Shown: positions 49,820 through 62,579 of the stretch, in pieces
How positions within the stretch are numbered: the stretch's first letter is position 1
Layout: each line of letters starts with the position of its first letter
From: Dicyema japonicum
Taxonomy: Eukaryota; Animalia; Dicyemida
DNA length: 64,000 bases
Direction: 5' to 3'
Assembly: GCA_011109175.1 (NCBI GenBank)
Contig: RDEW01000108.1
Coordinates: forward strand, 13,214-77,213
Translations under genes and position numbers: made by a program
The notes under the pieces: generated by a model
Told to the model about the DNA's origin: nothing
The model's input: the letters and a program-made list of their open reading frames with translations, nothing else
Databases searched by the model: none

Positions 49820-50050
49820 ATCTTCATTTCCTCTAATGGCGTCAATGGATCCACCTTACTCCGAAAACGACCGATACCTGCCTGGCATTCAAAAGGATTC
49901 ATCTATTCATCTTTGGTGAAGAGTTTTTGAATCGACCTTAGCTTCCAGAGAACATCCTCTGGATCACTGTGCTTGGGTGAGGGTAACCTGGACTGCGTCA
50001 GGATCAAGGAATTAGTTAATTTTTATCACCATCAGTCTTTGGAATAATTT
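49820..50050 (+). mobile_element. SINE-like family B
   Basis: Core 49838-49900; body matches 53857-54030. Confidence 0.8.
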
Positions 50051-50519
50051 AATTAATTAATCCATATGGTACCACATCAAGCTATTTTCACAAGTATATA
50101 ACATAATTCGATTTCCAAAAATACTTAAAAAATTCAATTTAAAAATAGTTAAACTGAAAAATATCCAAATTATGTTAACATTCGACCGATACTTTGATGG
50201 AACAGCTTTAAAATAAATATTCATTCTCGTATAATCGGTTAAAGAATTTGCACAAAAATAGCAAACTGCGTTAACTAGTTTACTACACTCAAGTTATAAT
50301 AACCTCCAGAGAAGTAATAAATTTAAAATCACGAGAATACAAATTTATTTTAACATCAATTTTCACTTTATTGGTCGTCTAATATGAACTGTTTTTTATT
50401 CGACTTTTCTGGTTATAAACTCACACATCAGGAATCCAGGAATTTGTACGTTGACGCAAATTATTCATCTTGTTGATAAATGTGATTACTGAGAAAATAT
50501 ATAATTATGTTGACATTTG

Positions 50520-52190
50520 ATTTATTTATTTATCACCCAAGACCACGGTAAAACCAAAACTAACTATCACGTGATCTCGATGCGCTCGCCAAAATCCTCA
50601 TTCTTTTCCGGTGCTCCTCCCTCGTACCCACACAAGCTCGTACTGGGCGGCTGACTGTATTTGCAGGGTCACCTTCCCGCATGCCGGAGTTTTGTTTAAT
50701 GAGGGCCTCTAGAGTAGTCGGTCCGGTTCTGTGTCTCCCACAAGACCACCGCTCTGTCATTATGAAAGGCCTTCTTTTGAACGTCCTCGATTTTCTTAGT
50801 GTTCGTCCATGATAATGAAGGTCCCCACGAAGCACACGCGTACGAGAAGCATGGTTCGATGTATTGTTTGTAAATGTTCATCAAGACCGGGTGGGTATTT
50901 GTCTTCCATATTCCAGATAAACATTTTAATACATTGATCCTCTTCTCGTACTTCAGAACAATGTTTGACGTGTGGTGACAAACATAAGTGTGTATCCAGT
51001 GTCACGCCCAGGATCTTCTGACATTTGGTGAAGGGGATTTCTATGTTGTCCAATTTTAACTTGACAGTCATCTTCCCCAACCTTTTGTCCGAAGTAAACA
51101 TAGACGTGACCGACTTTCTGGAATTTATCGTGAGTCGGTTCTTCATTACCCATGCGTTGAGTCGGTCCAGGTTTATTTGTAATCTTTCTGTAGCATTTTG
51201 GATATCCCGATCACGTGAGGCCAAAACAATCTCGTCCGCATATGTGAGTAGAACATCGTTATTGGATTCCGGTGTAGGGAGGTCTGCCAGGTATATATTG
51301 AATAAAGCGGGGGATAAAGGAGATCCTTGGGGACACCGTTTGGGAGAAGACGCGAGACTGATTACAGTCCTCCGAGGCATACACGTCGTCCACTTAAGAA
51401 ATTTGTTATCCAAAGTTTAAGCTTCCTCGGGATCTCGGACTGGAAAATTTTCTTTGATAATATTTTTCTCAAAATAGAATCAAAGGCCTTGTTAATGTCA
51501 ATGAACATAAGACTGTTTCAAATGCCTTGGTTTGTTTGAAAATCCATCTCTAATGAAGTTGGTTAATTTCTGTAGGTATTGATGTAGAACAATCGCTCTT
51601 GAATCCGTGTTGAAAATCCTTTTCTGGTAAGAAAGCCTTGATTCTCCCAAGCACAAGCCTTTCCAGGATTTTCGATATGGAACATAACAATGACACAGGT
51701 CTAAATGATGCCGGATCTTCCTTAGGTTTCCAGGTTTCAGTATAGGTCGGATGTTGGCTTGCTTCCATAACAACGGTATTATTACAATTAATTGAATAGT
51801 TATACACCGACGTTAGAAAACCGACTCCATATCTCCAAGGTTCTTCAATAACACACTGGAATGTTGTCGGGACGGCAGAGTACGTTGTTCTTGTAAAATG
51901 CAGCGCATTCTTCACGTTCATCCGAGTAGTAAACTGGTTAGAATCCTTTTTCAGTTTTTCCTGAAGAGAGAAGCACTTCCGACTTCTGTGTTCCTTTGTA
52001 CAAAATTTTTGTGTAGAATTTTATCAAATTGTTGAACGTCTCGTTGAGTATAGTCATCCTCGGGAAGTTTCTCGCCCTTTGCAAAATTTCGGATGGCTTT
52101 CCACAATTTGATTATGGTCGCTTCTTGTTTCGTAGAGGACTGACCAATCAATTTTTGATGAAAGCGACGATGATTTGTCTTTAAATTTAC
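50520..52190 (-). mobile_element. GIT-type LINE (RT to 3' end)
   Basis: KPKEDPASFRPVSLL, FQHGF, IDINKAFDS, PQGSPLSPALFN, TYADEI, KILGVTLD. Confidence 0.92.
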
Positions 52191-52349
52191 GAGTGATTTA
52201 ATGAATATTAAATTATTTATGGTGAATCTCGACTTTTTGAGTTAGTTTATATATAATTATTTAATTATTATGTATATTAAAATTATCTAATATTTTGCAT
52301 AATTCTAATTAAATAATTTTCATCGAAGAGATACGAATTTATCAAAAAG

Positions 52350-53760
52350 TTTAATCTACTCTTGTCTTCAAAAAAATGACTTTCTAGCAAATCGTTGGTA
52401 TAACTTCGCAAAGGTTTCAAAGAATGGTTTGATAGTTAGCCAAGAGAGGGAACAAGGACAAAACAAAAATGTTTTTCAATTCCTGAACAGTACGACTAGT
52501 CATTTTATCCTTGCATAAATTCTTCAGAGACTGAGAAATAGTGGTAATCAGTCTGTTGTACCAAATTATCTTCTATTGTAGAACAGTGTTTATTGACTTG
52601 TTATATAGAACAGGATAGGTCAGGGCAACATAAAGGTCTGACAAAAGAGAAGTCGAGTTAGATCAAATTCTGTGGACAGTTTGTTTAGAATGTCGAAGGG
52701 ATAATGTATTAATTATCGTAATCTCCCACAACCAATATGTGGTGTTTCATAAACTGTAAAACTATGCTTTAATGAGCAGTAAACTTGTTTTTATCAGCTT
52801 CAATCATCTTTAGTTGTGAAAATTGCTCAATAACCGAATAAAAGTTTTCTGTCCTTGTCGTCCGTACTCTTCCCCCGTAGTTATATTCTCCAGTGAGGTA
52901 ACGCAGAAAATCCACGGGGACAGTATCATAATAACTAATCATCTAAAATGATTTATCAGTTCAAATTGGAGCTATTACAGAGTTATTAAAGATAAAGCCG
53001 TTAAATTCGTGGGAGATATTCCACTCGAGTGGGTCAAACTGTCTCATATCCTGAACAACAGCTTAGAAGAAACATAGTCTGAACAAAAAACCAGTGGAAT
53101 GTTGTAGGCTGCAATAAGATTCAATTGCTTTATTGCAATCACAGTAAAATAGCGTGTCCTTGAGGAGATCAATCAGATATGACGGGAGATTATTAGAGTC
53201 CTTTGGAAGGCTCATTCGTTATTTTTATGTTTTGTAGATCGAAAACATGTGAGTTAATTATACAATAGCTTGTTTTGCTGCGATCTTTTCAGCCAATATT
53301 TTGGAAGACGGAAGAATTTTTTATGGCAGTCTCATCTTTGAGAATATTTGATTAAAGTAACCTAGATTAGAACCTACTAAGCGTCGAGAATTTTCTAGAT
53401 TTTGTCTTCAGTTTCTTTTATTAGTTATATTTCGAACAATTTCAATTATAAATTTATTTTTCTCTTCTTCAAGTTCTGGTTTTTCCTTGGAGGACAACAA
53501 TACCCAACAACTGATTTTCAATTCCTTGTTCGGTGATCTTAAAGTGAGGAGACAGACTTTAATTTAAATTCAAAATCATAAACATTGACGGAGACTTCTG
53601 GCAGGATTTTTAAAATTGTTATTTATGTTGGACAAAGTTTTTGGTTATATTGAATTGACTTGTCGACAGGCCAGTTTTTCGGTCTTCGAATTGGATTATC
53701 CATAATTTGAAGATATTTCTTATCTTCTAGTATTATCACTTTTAATAAAACCATTTCTCC
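52350..53760 (-). pseudogene. Axonemal inner-arm dynein heavy chain (DNAH3/7/12-like) fragment with large internal deletions
   Basis: LPEVSVN/FKITEQGIENQLLGIVV..KPELEEEK, NILKDETAI, KITNEPSKGL, VVQDMRQFDPLEWNISHEFN, LRYLTGEYNYG..TDDKDR, YPVLYNKSINTVL. Confidence 0.85.
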
Positions 53761-53856
53761 GAAGAAGGACTTCAATGATAGTTTATTTGCAAGTTATGCT
53801 ACCAAAGCATTTTAATCGAGGCAATGGTGAAACTCGATACATTGTGGTAAAAATGT

Positions 53857-54132
53857 ATTGTTCTAAAGACCAAGGGTAAAACCAAACTAACTAATTCCTT
53901 GATCCTGGCGCATTTCAGCAGAACCTTTACCCAAGCATAGTGATTCAGAGGACTTGCCCGTGGAGCTGAGGTTAATTCCAGAACTCATCGTCAGGAAACA
54001 AAATTGTCTCCAGTAGAATAAATGGATGGATCCTTTTGAATATTGGCCATGCATTAGGCGTATCCTTAGTAAGGTGGAGCTAATGACGCTATCATAAGAA
54101 CCGAATTTTCAACCACATGGCGCTACGCGGCT
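53857..54132 (-). mobile_element. SINE-like family B
   Basis: AGCCGCGTAGCGCCATGTGG head, core 54028-54090, GGATCAAGG..CCTTGGTCTT tail. Confidence 0.82.
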
Positions 54133-54599
54133 TGCACGTTATATGGGGATGAATATAAAAAAGTGTTTAATTCTCTACGTGAAAATGCATAAATGATAAG
54201 AATGTCATATTGGCAGCATCCGAAAGTACAAAATATGAAACAATAAGGAAGAGATGCATTCTCTAAACATACAAAAACAATGTTGCGGGTAAATAAACGG
54301 CAAATTTAAAAATTTCTTGCACTCTTATGTCCTCAAGCTGCGGACTATATTTTTCACTTATTCACACAAAAGTTTATATTTAAACAAGTTGACGAGCCAT
54401 GCATGCAAAACATTCACAAAAAGTGGGCCATATTCTCCCACTTTTGTGAAAAAATCAGAAATCCCCTTCGCCTATGTCTGGCAAAGAAGAGTCGTCGACC
54501 AGAAGTGCTCTTCCATAATCGATTTTATTTAGAATAGATAGACTGAGAGTAAGATAAAGACATATACACTATTAGGGAGGTGTTGACCATTCAACCATT

Positions 54600-54940
54600 A
54601 TTATTACCCCGTGATCACTGGGTCAAAGAAAAGAAGTAAAAGTTCTCAATCAACTTTGATCCAAGGGAAAGGACAAGTCCAGCGGGGTCGAGAATCCTGT
54701 ACTGCTCCTCTCATAGGACATGAAATCGGCTCAAATTTTCTGTATGATTGTAGATATTTTGATGTTGTATGGAACAGAGGGCATCTCGGTAGACAACATG
54801 TGAATTCCACGCTACACAAAATAAGATGCTACTTTTTTCGACATTATGGATTTAAAAGTACCACTAGATTTTTCTTCCTACTCCAGTGCAGCTATTACTC
54901 CTCGTTGATTTTTCCAGTATTTTAAACTCTACCATTTCAT
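54600..54940 (-). mobile_element. GIT-type LINE 3' end
   Basis: Homologous to 59170-59500 including GACCCAGTGATC tail. Confidence 0.8.
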
Positions 54941-54999
54941 CGATTTATCAATGCAGAAATACCCTCATTTATGGATCTGACCATTTATTTATTTGAAAC

Positions 55000-55285
55000 C
55001 AAGAATTACCGACAAAAATAATAGGAATTGGGTTGTCTTTATGTGATCCCTGCTTTTCTTAGGCAGCCGTCTCATCCTTTCTCGGTGTTTCTTACAAGAA
55101 CCGACGCACTTCCTGTATGAATGAAACACTTTTCGTAATTTTTAAAGATCGCGCCGTCGTGACTGGGAAGATCAAGTCACTCGGCCGATACGTGCTTGTG
55201 TGGGTCGAGAAAGGAGCATCGGGGCAAGATGAAGTCCTTGCTAGAGTTGGAGTCACGTGATTAGTTAGTTTATGTAACCATGGTC
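55000..55285 (+). mobile_element. GIT-type LINE 3' end (GVT* variant)
   Basis: KEHRGKMKSLLELES/GGAGTCACGTGATTAGTTAG homologous to 2990-3095. Confidence 0.7.
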
Positions 55286-55631
55286 TCTGGTGTTATTATT
55301 ATTAAAAGAGTTAAATTTGAGGAGATTATCAATTCATTATGTAAGTATTTGCTGTCTTCATATAACGAAAATTATCTAATATTCTATTACGTAATTTATG
55401 AAAATTTCTCTTTATGAAAAATATAACAATTTTTCTCTTCTCGAAAATTTGTTGATCGTTTCATAGCTCATTCGCACTAAGTTGCGTTGTAAATAATTAA
55501 ATTAAAATTATTCTTTATAAATAAAAAATTTATTTTTACCTAAACAAACATTTAACAACTATTAAAAAATAAATAAAATAAATAATAAATTAATCAATTT
55601 AATTAAAATAATCAAATAAATTAAAGCCAAA

Positions 55632-57530
55632 ATGTCGCAGTCTAATGTGAGGAAAGAAGTATAATAAAAAATAATTTTAAGAGCTGTACTAAACCTATGA
55701 TCGTTTCCTCATTAACAAAAAGGGACAAATCCCTGTGACTACTTCAAATCATCCGTGAAACCAAATATAATAAACGAAAGTCATCATTACCCAAGGAAAC
55801 TAGATTAAATAGCCATCACAAATCTTCTTTAATCTTCTCAAAAGTCGACTTTACTTAGTCATAAAAGTCGCCTTACGAACATCATCTTACTGTGAGTCTG
55901 CGGCAGAACATTGGGGTTGTAGCAATCTACTCAATTTAGATGTATCAGCAAAGAATTTGGCACCATCAGCATCAAGTTCTGTGTTTTAATCTAATTGTAG
56001 AGTCTTCAAACACGTTTCCTCTAAAATCTTATGACATCAATGCACGGATACAACACGCGGAAGATGAGCTAAACAAGACTTTAAAAGAATCGAGATGATA
56101 AAACGAATGAGACAAATCGGCCAAAGAATTTGACCTGAAAATTTTGTAAGACGAGTTCTTTAACATTTAAGTGAACTAGAGATTACAATTGGTAACGTTA
56201 AAAAACTGTGTGATGATAAAGATTCCCATAATCAGATTTTGGAGGATGCTAGGAAATCAATTTTTTCAAAATTGCTGTATCAAAAAACAGTTGACAATTG
56301 CTAAGTATTATCAGAAGAACTACGAGTTTGTTTGTTCCTTACTGTATAGGATAAGAATATTAGATTTCTGAACAAATTCCGACTACCGTTCAGATTGAAT
56401 GAAAGATACTCTATAATTGGCAAAACGGACAGCCAAATAAGATATCTCAATGAAAAAATTCAAAAATTAAAGGTTATTTTGTAAAATTACCTCTCCTAGA
56501 ATGATGTACATTTTTCTGTCGTTTTATGCCGGAAAGTAAGAAATAATGCCAAAATATTAACATCCACAAGGATATAACAGCACATTTCGGTTAATTTTGG
56601 TCTTCCAGTAGGGGTAGAGTATATTATTTACTATTTGTAGAAAACCGCCCGAAAGGATATCGGGTTTTCAGAGTTTTTTCTTGATCATGTGTGTTCTCGG
56701 TTGGAGTGACTCAATCAGATGTGTTTTGATCAGGTAAAGGATCTTGTTCGATTCTCACTGGACGGACACAGAGTTTGTTTCGTTGCATACGGAAGACCCG
56801 AACTGGAAAGTCATACACTTTTTTTGGAGATGATGAGAAGGAACAGTATGGAGTGATTCCGCTTGCATGTGACTTCATTTACAGTCGGTGAATCTCTTAA
56901 AACAGCTGGGTTGGGAGGTACCCATTTTGACCAATTTAGTACGACATTACGATGTCATCTCTTGGAATTGATGCTCAAATTACTGACCTTTGTGGGACTA
57001 CAGGAAAAGCCCTCTTCATACGTCGGTGAACGTGACGGTTTTTGCTGCTGTTAGAATTAGATCCCCTGAGCAGGTTAGGTTTATTTTAGTTTAGTTTTCT
57101 GAGATTGAGAAAACTCCGTGATGTCCTTTCGAGACATTTTGTTCTGAGACTGGATATAGATGGGATTAATGATTCTGGTGAAAAGGTCTCCGGCAAGCTA
57201 ACATTTGTGGAGCTCTGCTCGAATGTAACGAAAAAGTCTGACAATTCAATATCCAATTTAAGAAATTTCATGTTGAATTTTGTACAGCACAAAAAGACCT
57301 CGCCTTTTAGAAAATGCAATTTGGTGAAATACATGATATCGGTGCTGTCGTTGAACTGCAAAGTTGTACTATTTGTACATGTTTCTGCTGTTAACTTGAC
57401 TGATATGATTTCCTCACTTAAATTTGCTTCATTGGTTGGGATTTCTCTAATTTTAGGTTTGCACTCATCGGTGTTCTACCAAATTCACCCTTTCAGATCA
57501 TAATATGCCGCTGAGAGTGATCGAGCACTG
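55632..57530 (+). pseudogene. Divergent C-terminal-motor kinesin (kinesin-14/KIFC-like), disabled
   Basis: N-terminal low-complexity/coiled-coil region, then VFDQVKDLVRFSLDGHRVCFVAYG..TGKSYT, GVIP, SRHFVLRL, GKLTFVEL, PFRKCNL, SSLKFA; micro-introns, stops, frameshifts. Confidence 0.8.
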
Positions 57531-57679
57531 AGCGTGATGACACTTGATTTGTGCCAAAATATGTCTTGTTTATTGAAAATTAATCAATACTTAAGTTTCG
57601 GAATATTATTAAGGAACTTTCACGTAAGCCATAATGTTTAATAGCCCCCCATGTGCAACACTCATGGAAACAATATTTA

Positions 57680-58150
57680 TAGTTAATCTCTTCCATTTTC
57701 CTCTGTCGAATGCTAGTGATCTCAATTCGTCCAGGTCGTCCCCGTCTTTATATTTTTCTCACACGATTTAGATTTTTGTTTAAGACAGCCGGAAGTGTCG
57801 AATCTAGGTCGTCCGCGGAGGGGTTTGTCGCAACTGTCAAAGTAATCTTCCATCGTTTGTTAGCGGGTGCGTCAGGTACATTCTTAATACATGCCTAAAT
57901 AGCCTCCACCGTGCATCTATCACATCCTTGCTGATGTACAAAAACATACACTTGTATAAATACAAGTGGTTGATATTCTACGTGCCACTCCATTTCGAGT
58001 AAGCTTCTTAGTTGCCTTTTATGAAAGAATCCAGTTTTCATAGTTTCTTGAAAAAACTTCCCCAGGTCCATCATTTTGCAGTTAAGATTGGTTTCGTAAA
58101 GCCTGCATCTGATGTTAATTCCCAGCTTATTAGTAATCTCCATTTTTCAT
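57680..58150 (-). mobile_element. RTE-clade 3' fragment
   Basis: IRCRLYET, FFHKRQLRSLL, WRLFRHVLRM. Confidence 0.7.
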
Positions 58151-58621
58151 GAGTAATATCGTCTTCTCTTTTGATTTCAGTTTTGTTTACATTTACGCTG
58201 AGAAACCAGTTTCGGAATAATTTGTGCATTTTTATATAAAATCATTGTTTTACTAATAGAGATGAATCTTAGGTAATAATTATTATGTGTAAAAGTATCT
58301 TATATAAGAGTACTACATTATATAATGCATGCTGGAGAGACAAGACCTAAATGTATCAGCAGCTCTGAAGTATAGAAAAGCTTTTATTTAATTTTAATTA
58401 AAATTTTAGGAGGAATAAGCAGGAATTTAACATTATGTCGCAATTACCACAGACGTTGCCTTTTTAAGGCCTTCTTTAAAATTGACAAATTGTAAGACAA
58501 ATTCTGCAACAATAGTGACAGCATCTCCGTAGGGATGCTCAAACCTTTGCAGACGTAGTGAAGGATTAGTTCCATAGTCTTCTAAATACGAACCTTTTAA
58601 GTATTAAATAAATTGAATACA

Positions 58622-58790
58622 AAAGGACATACACACAAAAAAAACAGAAAAGTGAAGAGCATTCCTTGGTTCTCTCTACGATTAGTTATAATAACTGTTC
58701 TTTACTTAAATAAAGTGTGTGTTCTGTACGAGCGAAACCCTAGGCATCTATCGTGCTTATGGCAACGCGGTAATGCTTAATTATTATTAT
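58622..58790 (+). mobile_element. SINE family A 3' half
   Basis: Matches reverse complement of 34445-34610 including TGCTTATGGCAACGCGG tail. Confidence 0.85.
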
Positions 58791-58791
58791 A

Positions 58792-60205
58792 TTTTGTGCC
58801 GTATTCCGAATCATTCTCTCCGTCAGCTTCGACCATGATCTTTGTTGCGCACTAGTTCTCTTAGGTAGTCCAGGTCGTCTGCCATTACCATTATAATATC
58901 AGACGATGTCCACACTCTTGTAACGTAGTGAATCAGGTCCTGATGGACTGCAAATCCGAGACCATAATGTAGGCAGGCCGACGGGAGTATAAAAAGGTGG
59001 AATTTTCCAAACAGTTCTGTACATTGTACGGTCGTTTTTGTCTCTTGTAGACAACAGACAGAGACGTCATATTGGTTAGATCACATACCAGTTGGTGTTT
59101 CTTGTAGGTTGTATAAGTCCTCTGCAATTGATAGATCCCAGAGTGAACTGAAAAGTCAGTAAGGAATATTATTACTACCCCAGGATCACTGGGTCAAAGA
59201 GAAAGAAATAAAAGTTCTCATCTAACTAAGTGATCCCAGACCGACAAAGGTGAGGACGAGTCCGGCGGGGTCGAGAATCCTGGACAGCTCTTCTCATTGG
59301 ACATGGCATCGGCTCAAAATTTCTGTATGATTGTAGATAATTCGATAGTATTTGGAATAGAGGGTAGCTCGGTAGAACAGCCTCCTTTAATAGTTTCCGT
59401 TGTAGTTCGATTAAGAAGTTTTCAATGGGTTGGATATTGTGTTCTGGTCCAATTAACTTTACTGCAGTCTCCTCGATTGCAGATAATTTCAATGAGGAAG
59501 ATCGTGACATTTGCATTGCCCATGAAGGACTTGCATACGTCATCGTTGGTCGGATAAATTGTTTGTAGATCATGGCAAGGACCCAGTTTGATCTCTAAAT
59601 GTTTTTGAGAGCACTTTTAAAATTCTCATTTTTTTAAAAGCAGAAGTTACTTTGTTTTCAACATGCCGGATAAAAGTGAGTCCCTGATCAAAGGTTACTC
59701 CCAGAATCTTCGGTGTTTTGTTAATAGGAATAGCTTCGTTCTTCATAAAGACTTTTGGTTCGATACAGAGCTGTCTCTTGTAGGTGGTAAACAGTGTGGC
59801 AAAAGACTTTGCTGCTGATGTGTCGAGTCTCCGCTTCGAGAGCCATAGTTCCAAGTTGTCGAGCATTTGTTGAGCCAACTGAGTCGCTGATTGAATTCTT
59901 CTGTTCTTGGAAGCAAGAATGATATCGTCGGCATAGGAGAGGATTAGACAGTTTTCATTACAGGTTTGTGGCATGTCGTTTATGTAGAGATTGAAGAGTT
60001 GGGGTGATAGTGGGGAACCTTGAGTGACTCCATTTGGGAAATAGCGAGATCTTGATTTGATGTTGTTGCAGAGTACTTGTGTTCGTCTTCCATTTAGGAA
60101 GTTTCCAAGCCAAAGTTTCAGGTTCGGATGGATGTTGGTTTCGTATCAGTAAGGAATACGAATAAGACACATTGAATAGAGATGTCGTTGCCACCTCAAC
60201 CAGAA
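58792..60205 (-). mobile_element. SINE-like family C copy interrupted by a GIT LINE
   Basis: 58792-59168 plus 60146-60205 align to 29383-29800. Confidence 0.82.
59169..60145 (-). mobile_element. 5'-truncated GIT-type LINE with 13-bp TSD
   Basis: TSD TCAGTAAGGAATA at 59156-59168 and 60146-60158; GVTQGSPLSPQLFN, SYADDI, ends CRSGIT*. Confidence 0.93.
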
Positions 60206-60844
60206 AAAACTTTAATTACAGATACTAAAATGATGTGAGCGAAGCTAATTGCTCAGTTAGTCTATATAAATGAAAAACTTAGTTTGATTTCAACATAATG
60301 GGGATAAAATAACTGATTATTTTTCTAAAATTGATTTATTTTACATAATTAATATTTCAAGTTGTCTGAGTTTCCGGCTGATAGTTTTTACCTCTTTTAT
60401 TCAATTTCTGGATTGAAACAAAGTTGTTGAATCTTTACACACCATCATGTTACAAAAAATCAACATTGTTATTTTTGGTTAGCATCAAATGAGACCACAG
60501 CTAAACACTAAGGCTCCTTCAAAGTTTTACTATAAAATTTGATCACAAAAGCACTACTTAATTAGAACTCAAAGTTACAGAATACTAGCCTACATCGGTT
60601 TGTCAAAGGTTGGATTGCAATGTCTATTGCCCTAAAATATTTCATCTACGTTTATTGTCATTTGTAAGCTGATTCCTTTAAGTAGAGAATTGTACTTTAC
60701 GGAACTCTACAGCTTATTGCTAATGTAGAGGATTAAATTTATTATTGTCTTTCCAGAATTCACCCACAAGTCATGCTCTAGCTAACGAGAGACAGTGAAT
60801 TTACTGTGCCAATCTTTTACTGTTGAAATGTGCGTGACATACTT

Positions 60845-61715
60845 AGTAATGATTCAGTCAGCACTCAGGTGGCTGAAAAAAAACGAAAAACTTTATTGCA
60901 AAACTGGTTTTTGAGTTAGGTATAGGGGTTTTAACTAGTCCGCCTTTGCGGCCTGGACACTTCTGACGTCTCTCATCTCCATTATTAACTTGCGTTCTTG
61001 TGTAGAAATCCATAAATTCTGTCCGTCCTTTTCAGTGCTCTGGCTGTCATTTATTTCCTTCTTCGTGGAAAGATACCACGCTTTGCATCAATACAATAGC
61101 TTCGGTAGGATTATTCTCATGAAAATGAAAAGGAAGGTCTCCTTATTGACGGTCAGCTTACGTGTGCAGAGGAGCGCCCAAAAGGGTAGGTTCTTTATTA
61201 CAATCTCTGTTAGCTTCTTGGTTGTCATTCTGAACAGATGACTGTCCGGTCCAAAGGAACAAGCATCATTCAAGGCTTCTATAAAAGTCGTCTTGTCAGA
61301 GTTGCTGTAGAATCCGAGCCGAAAGGTGCCCGATTCTCTGTGGCTCATCCTCATATATCCTGATTAGTAATAAAGGTACAATACGTTAGCGATCTTAATC
61401 GCACTCATAGCAGAGTAGACTGAGATCTGTTTTTTGATATGTTCTAGATCATTCTCGTATCGGTTTCACTAGCGGGTTAACTTGCTTGGTTATGGGTTCT
61501 GGGTTGGACATGCGGATTTAGAGTCAAAACAACGTCTTGTCTTCCTCCGTGAATGATTTAACCATTGATGTTCCCAGAGGGTGAGAGTTGCTATGCGTTG
61601 CTGCTCTTGAATTTGTCTTTATCTTTGTTTTTGTCTTTAGTACCATTTTTCTCAGGCGGCTGAAGAAGATTCTTCTAAAGGTTTTGCTGGAACGCGTCAG
61701 GTTCAAGGAAAAGTC
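60845..61715 (-). mobile_element. Internally deleted gag-LINE (ORF1 N-terminus joined to ORF2 C-terminus and 3'UTR)
   Basis: ORF 61088-61354: GTFRLGF..ALNDACSFG..EIVIKNLPFW (cf. ORF1 at 8190-8345) then ALLCTRK..FIFMRIILP (cf. 33400-33470). Confidence 0.8.
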
Positions 61716-61717
61716 TT

Positions 61718-61880
61718 AATGGCTCAGTGTCATAAGTGCCGGACAAAGTCCTAATGTCTCCGGGTTCAAATCTCGCTGCTGCAGATTCCAACTGAAGGCT
61801 TCACATATCTATGATGCTTTGGGTATTACGAGTAACGCAGCCATCAGTGAATACTGGGAAACCGGATCGTCTGAATATGT
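61718..61880 (+). mobile_element. SINE family A tRNA-like head
   Basis: TGGCTCAGTGT A box, GGTTCAAATCT B box, then CGCTGC..GAAGG..ACGAGTAACGC..CAGTGAAT as in the 34620-34774 copy. Confidence 0.75.
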
Positions 61881-61917
61881 CGCATCCAATGCTGGTTACA
61901 CATCACCTATCACTTAC

Positions 61918-62370
61918 TGTCAGATGTCATACTTAATGTTGCTTTAATCATTTTTACTCATGTCGGAAATTGACTAAATAAAATAAATTGTCAGGAAAAA
62001 TGTTATAAAAATGCGGAAAAATCGATGGAGTTCACGTACGGACGGTGACAATATTTTATTTGTTTCAGGGGATCATGAACCAAACTTTGATATAAAAACT
62101 TTGATTGGTTTAACCAACCATTGATAGAAATCTTTCAAAGTTAATGCTTGAAGAATCAACTAAAAACTGAAAAAATTCATTAAAAGAAGCACGTTTACAA
62201 CACCACGATTCATTCCTTTACAAATGAAACTCCATTAACAAAACTGAGAGGAGTTTCTGGAATAAACACAGTCGTTCGTGAGTATAAAAGTTTATTAATT
62301 TTTAATTTCATAGAAAGTGAGAGTTCGGATGAGGATATTGACGGAACATATTTCAGAAGTTTCAGGTAAT
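61918..62370 (+). mobile_element. Second Ginger-like integrase relic
   Basis: FNQ..RNLSKLMLEES..NTTIHSFTNETPLTKLRGVSGINTVV parallels 15790-15970. Confidence 0.6.
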
Positions 62371-62382
62371 TCTCTCAATGAT

Positions 62383-62560
62383 TAGTTATGATAACTGTTC
62401 TTTACTTAAATGAAGAATGTGTCCTGCTTGGGAGGAGCTACTGCTAACATGAATCTCGTTAAGTACAGTATTTTTATTTTTTATTATTCTATTAAAGTGT
62501 GTGTTCTGTCTATGCGGAGCTATATATTAGGATCGCGTGAAAAGACTGCTATTATTACTA
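62383..62560 (+). mobile_element. Two SINE family A tails in tandem
   Basis: GATTAGTTATGATAACTGTTCTTTACTTAAATG.. and AAAGTGTGTGTTCTGTCTATGCGGAGCTAT..CGTGAAAAG. Confidence 0.7.
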
Positions 62561-62579
62561 TTAGACCTTGAATAATGAA

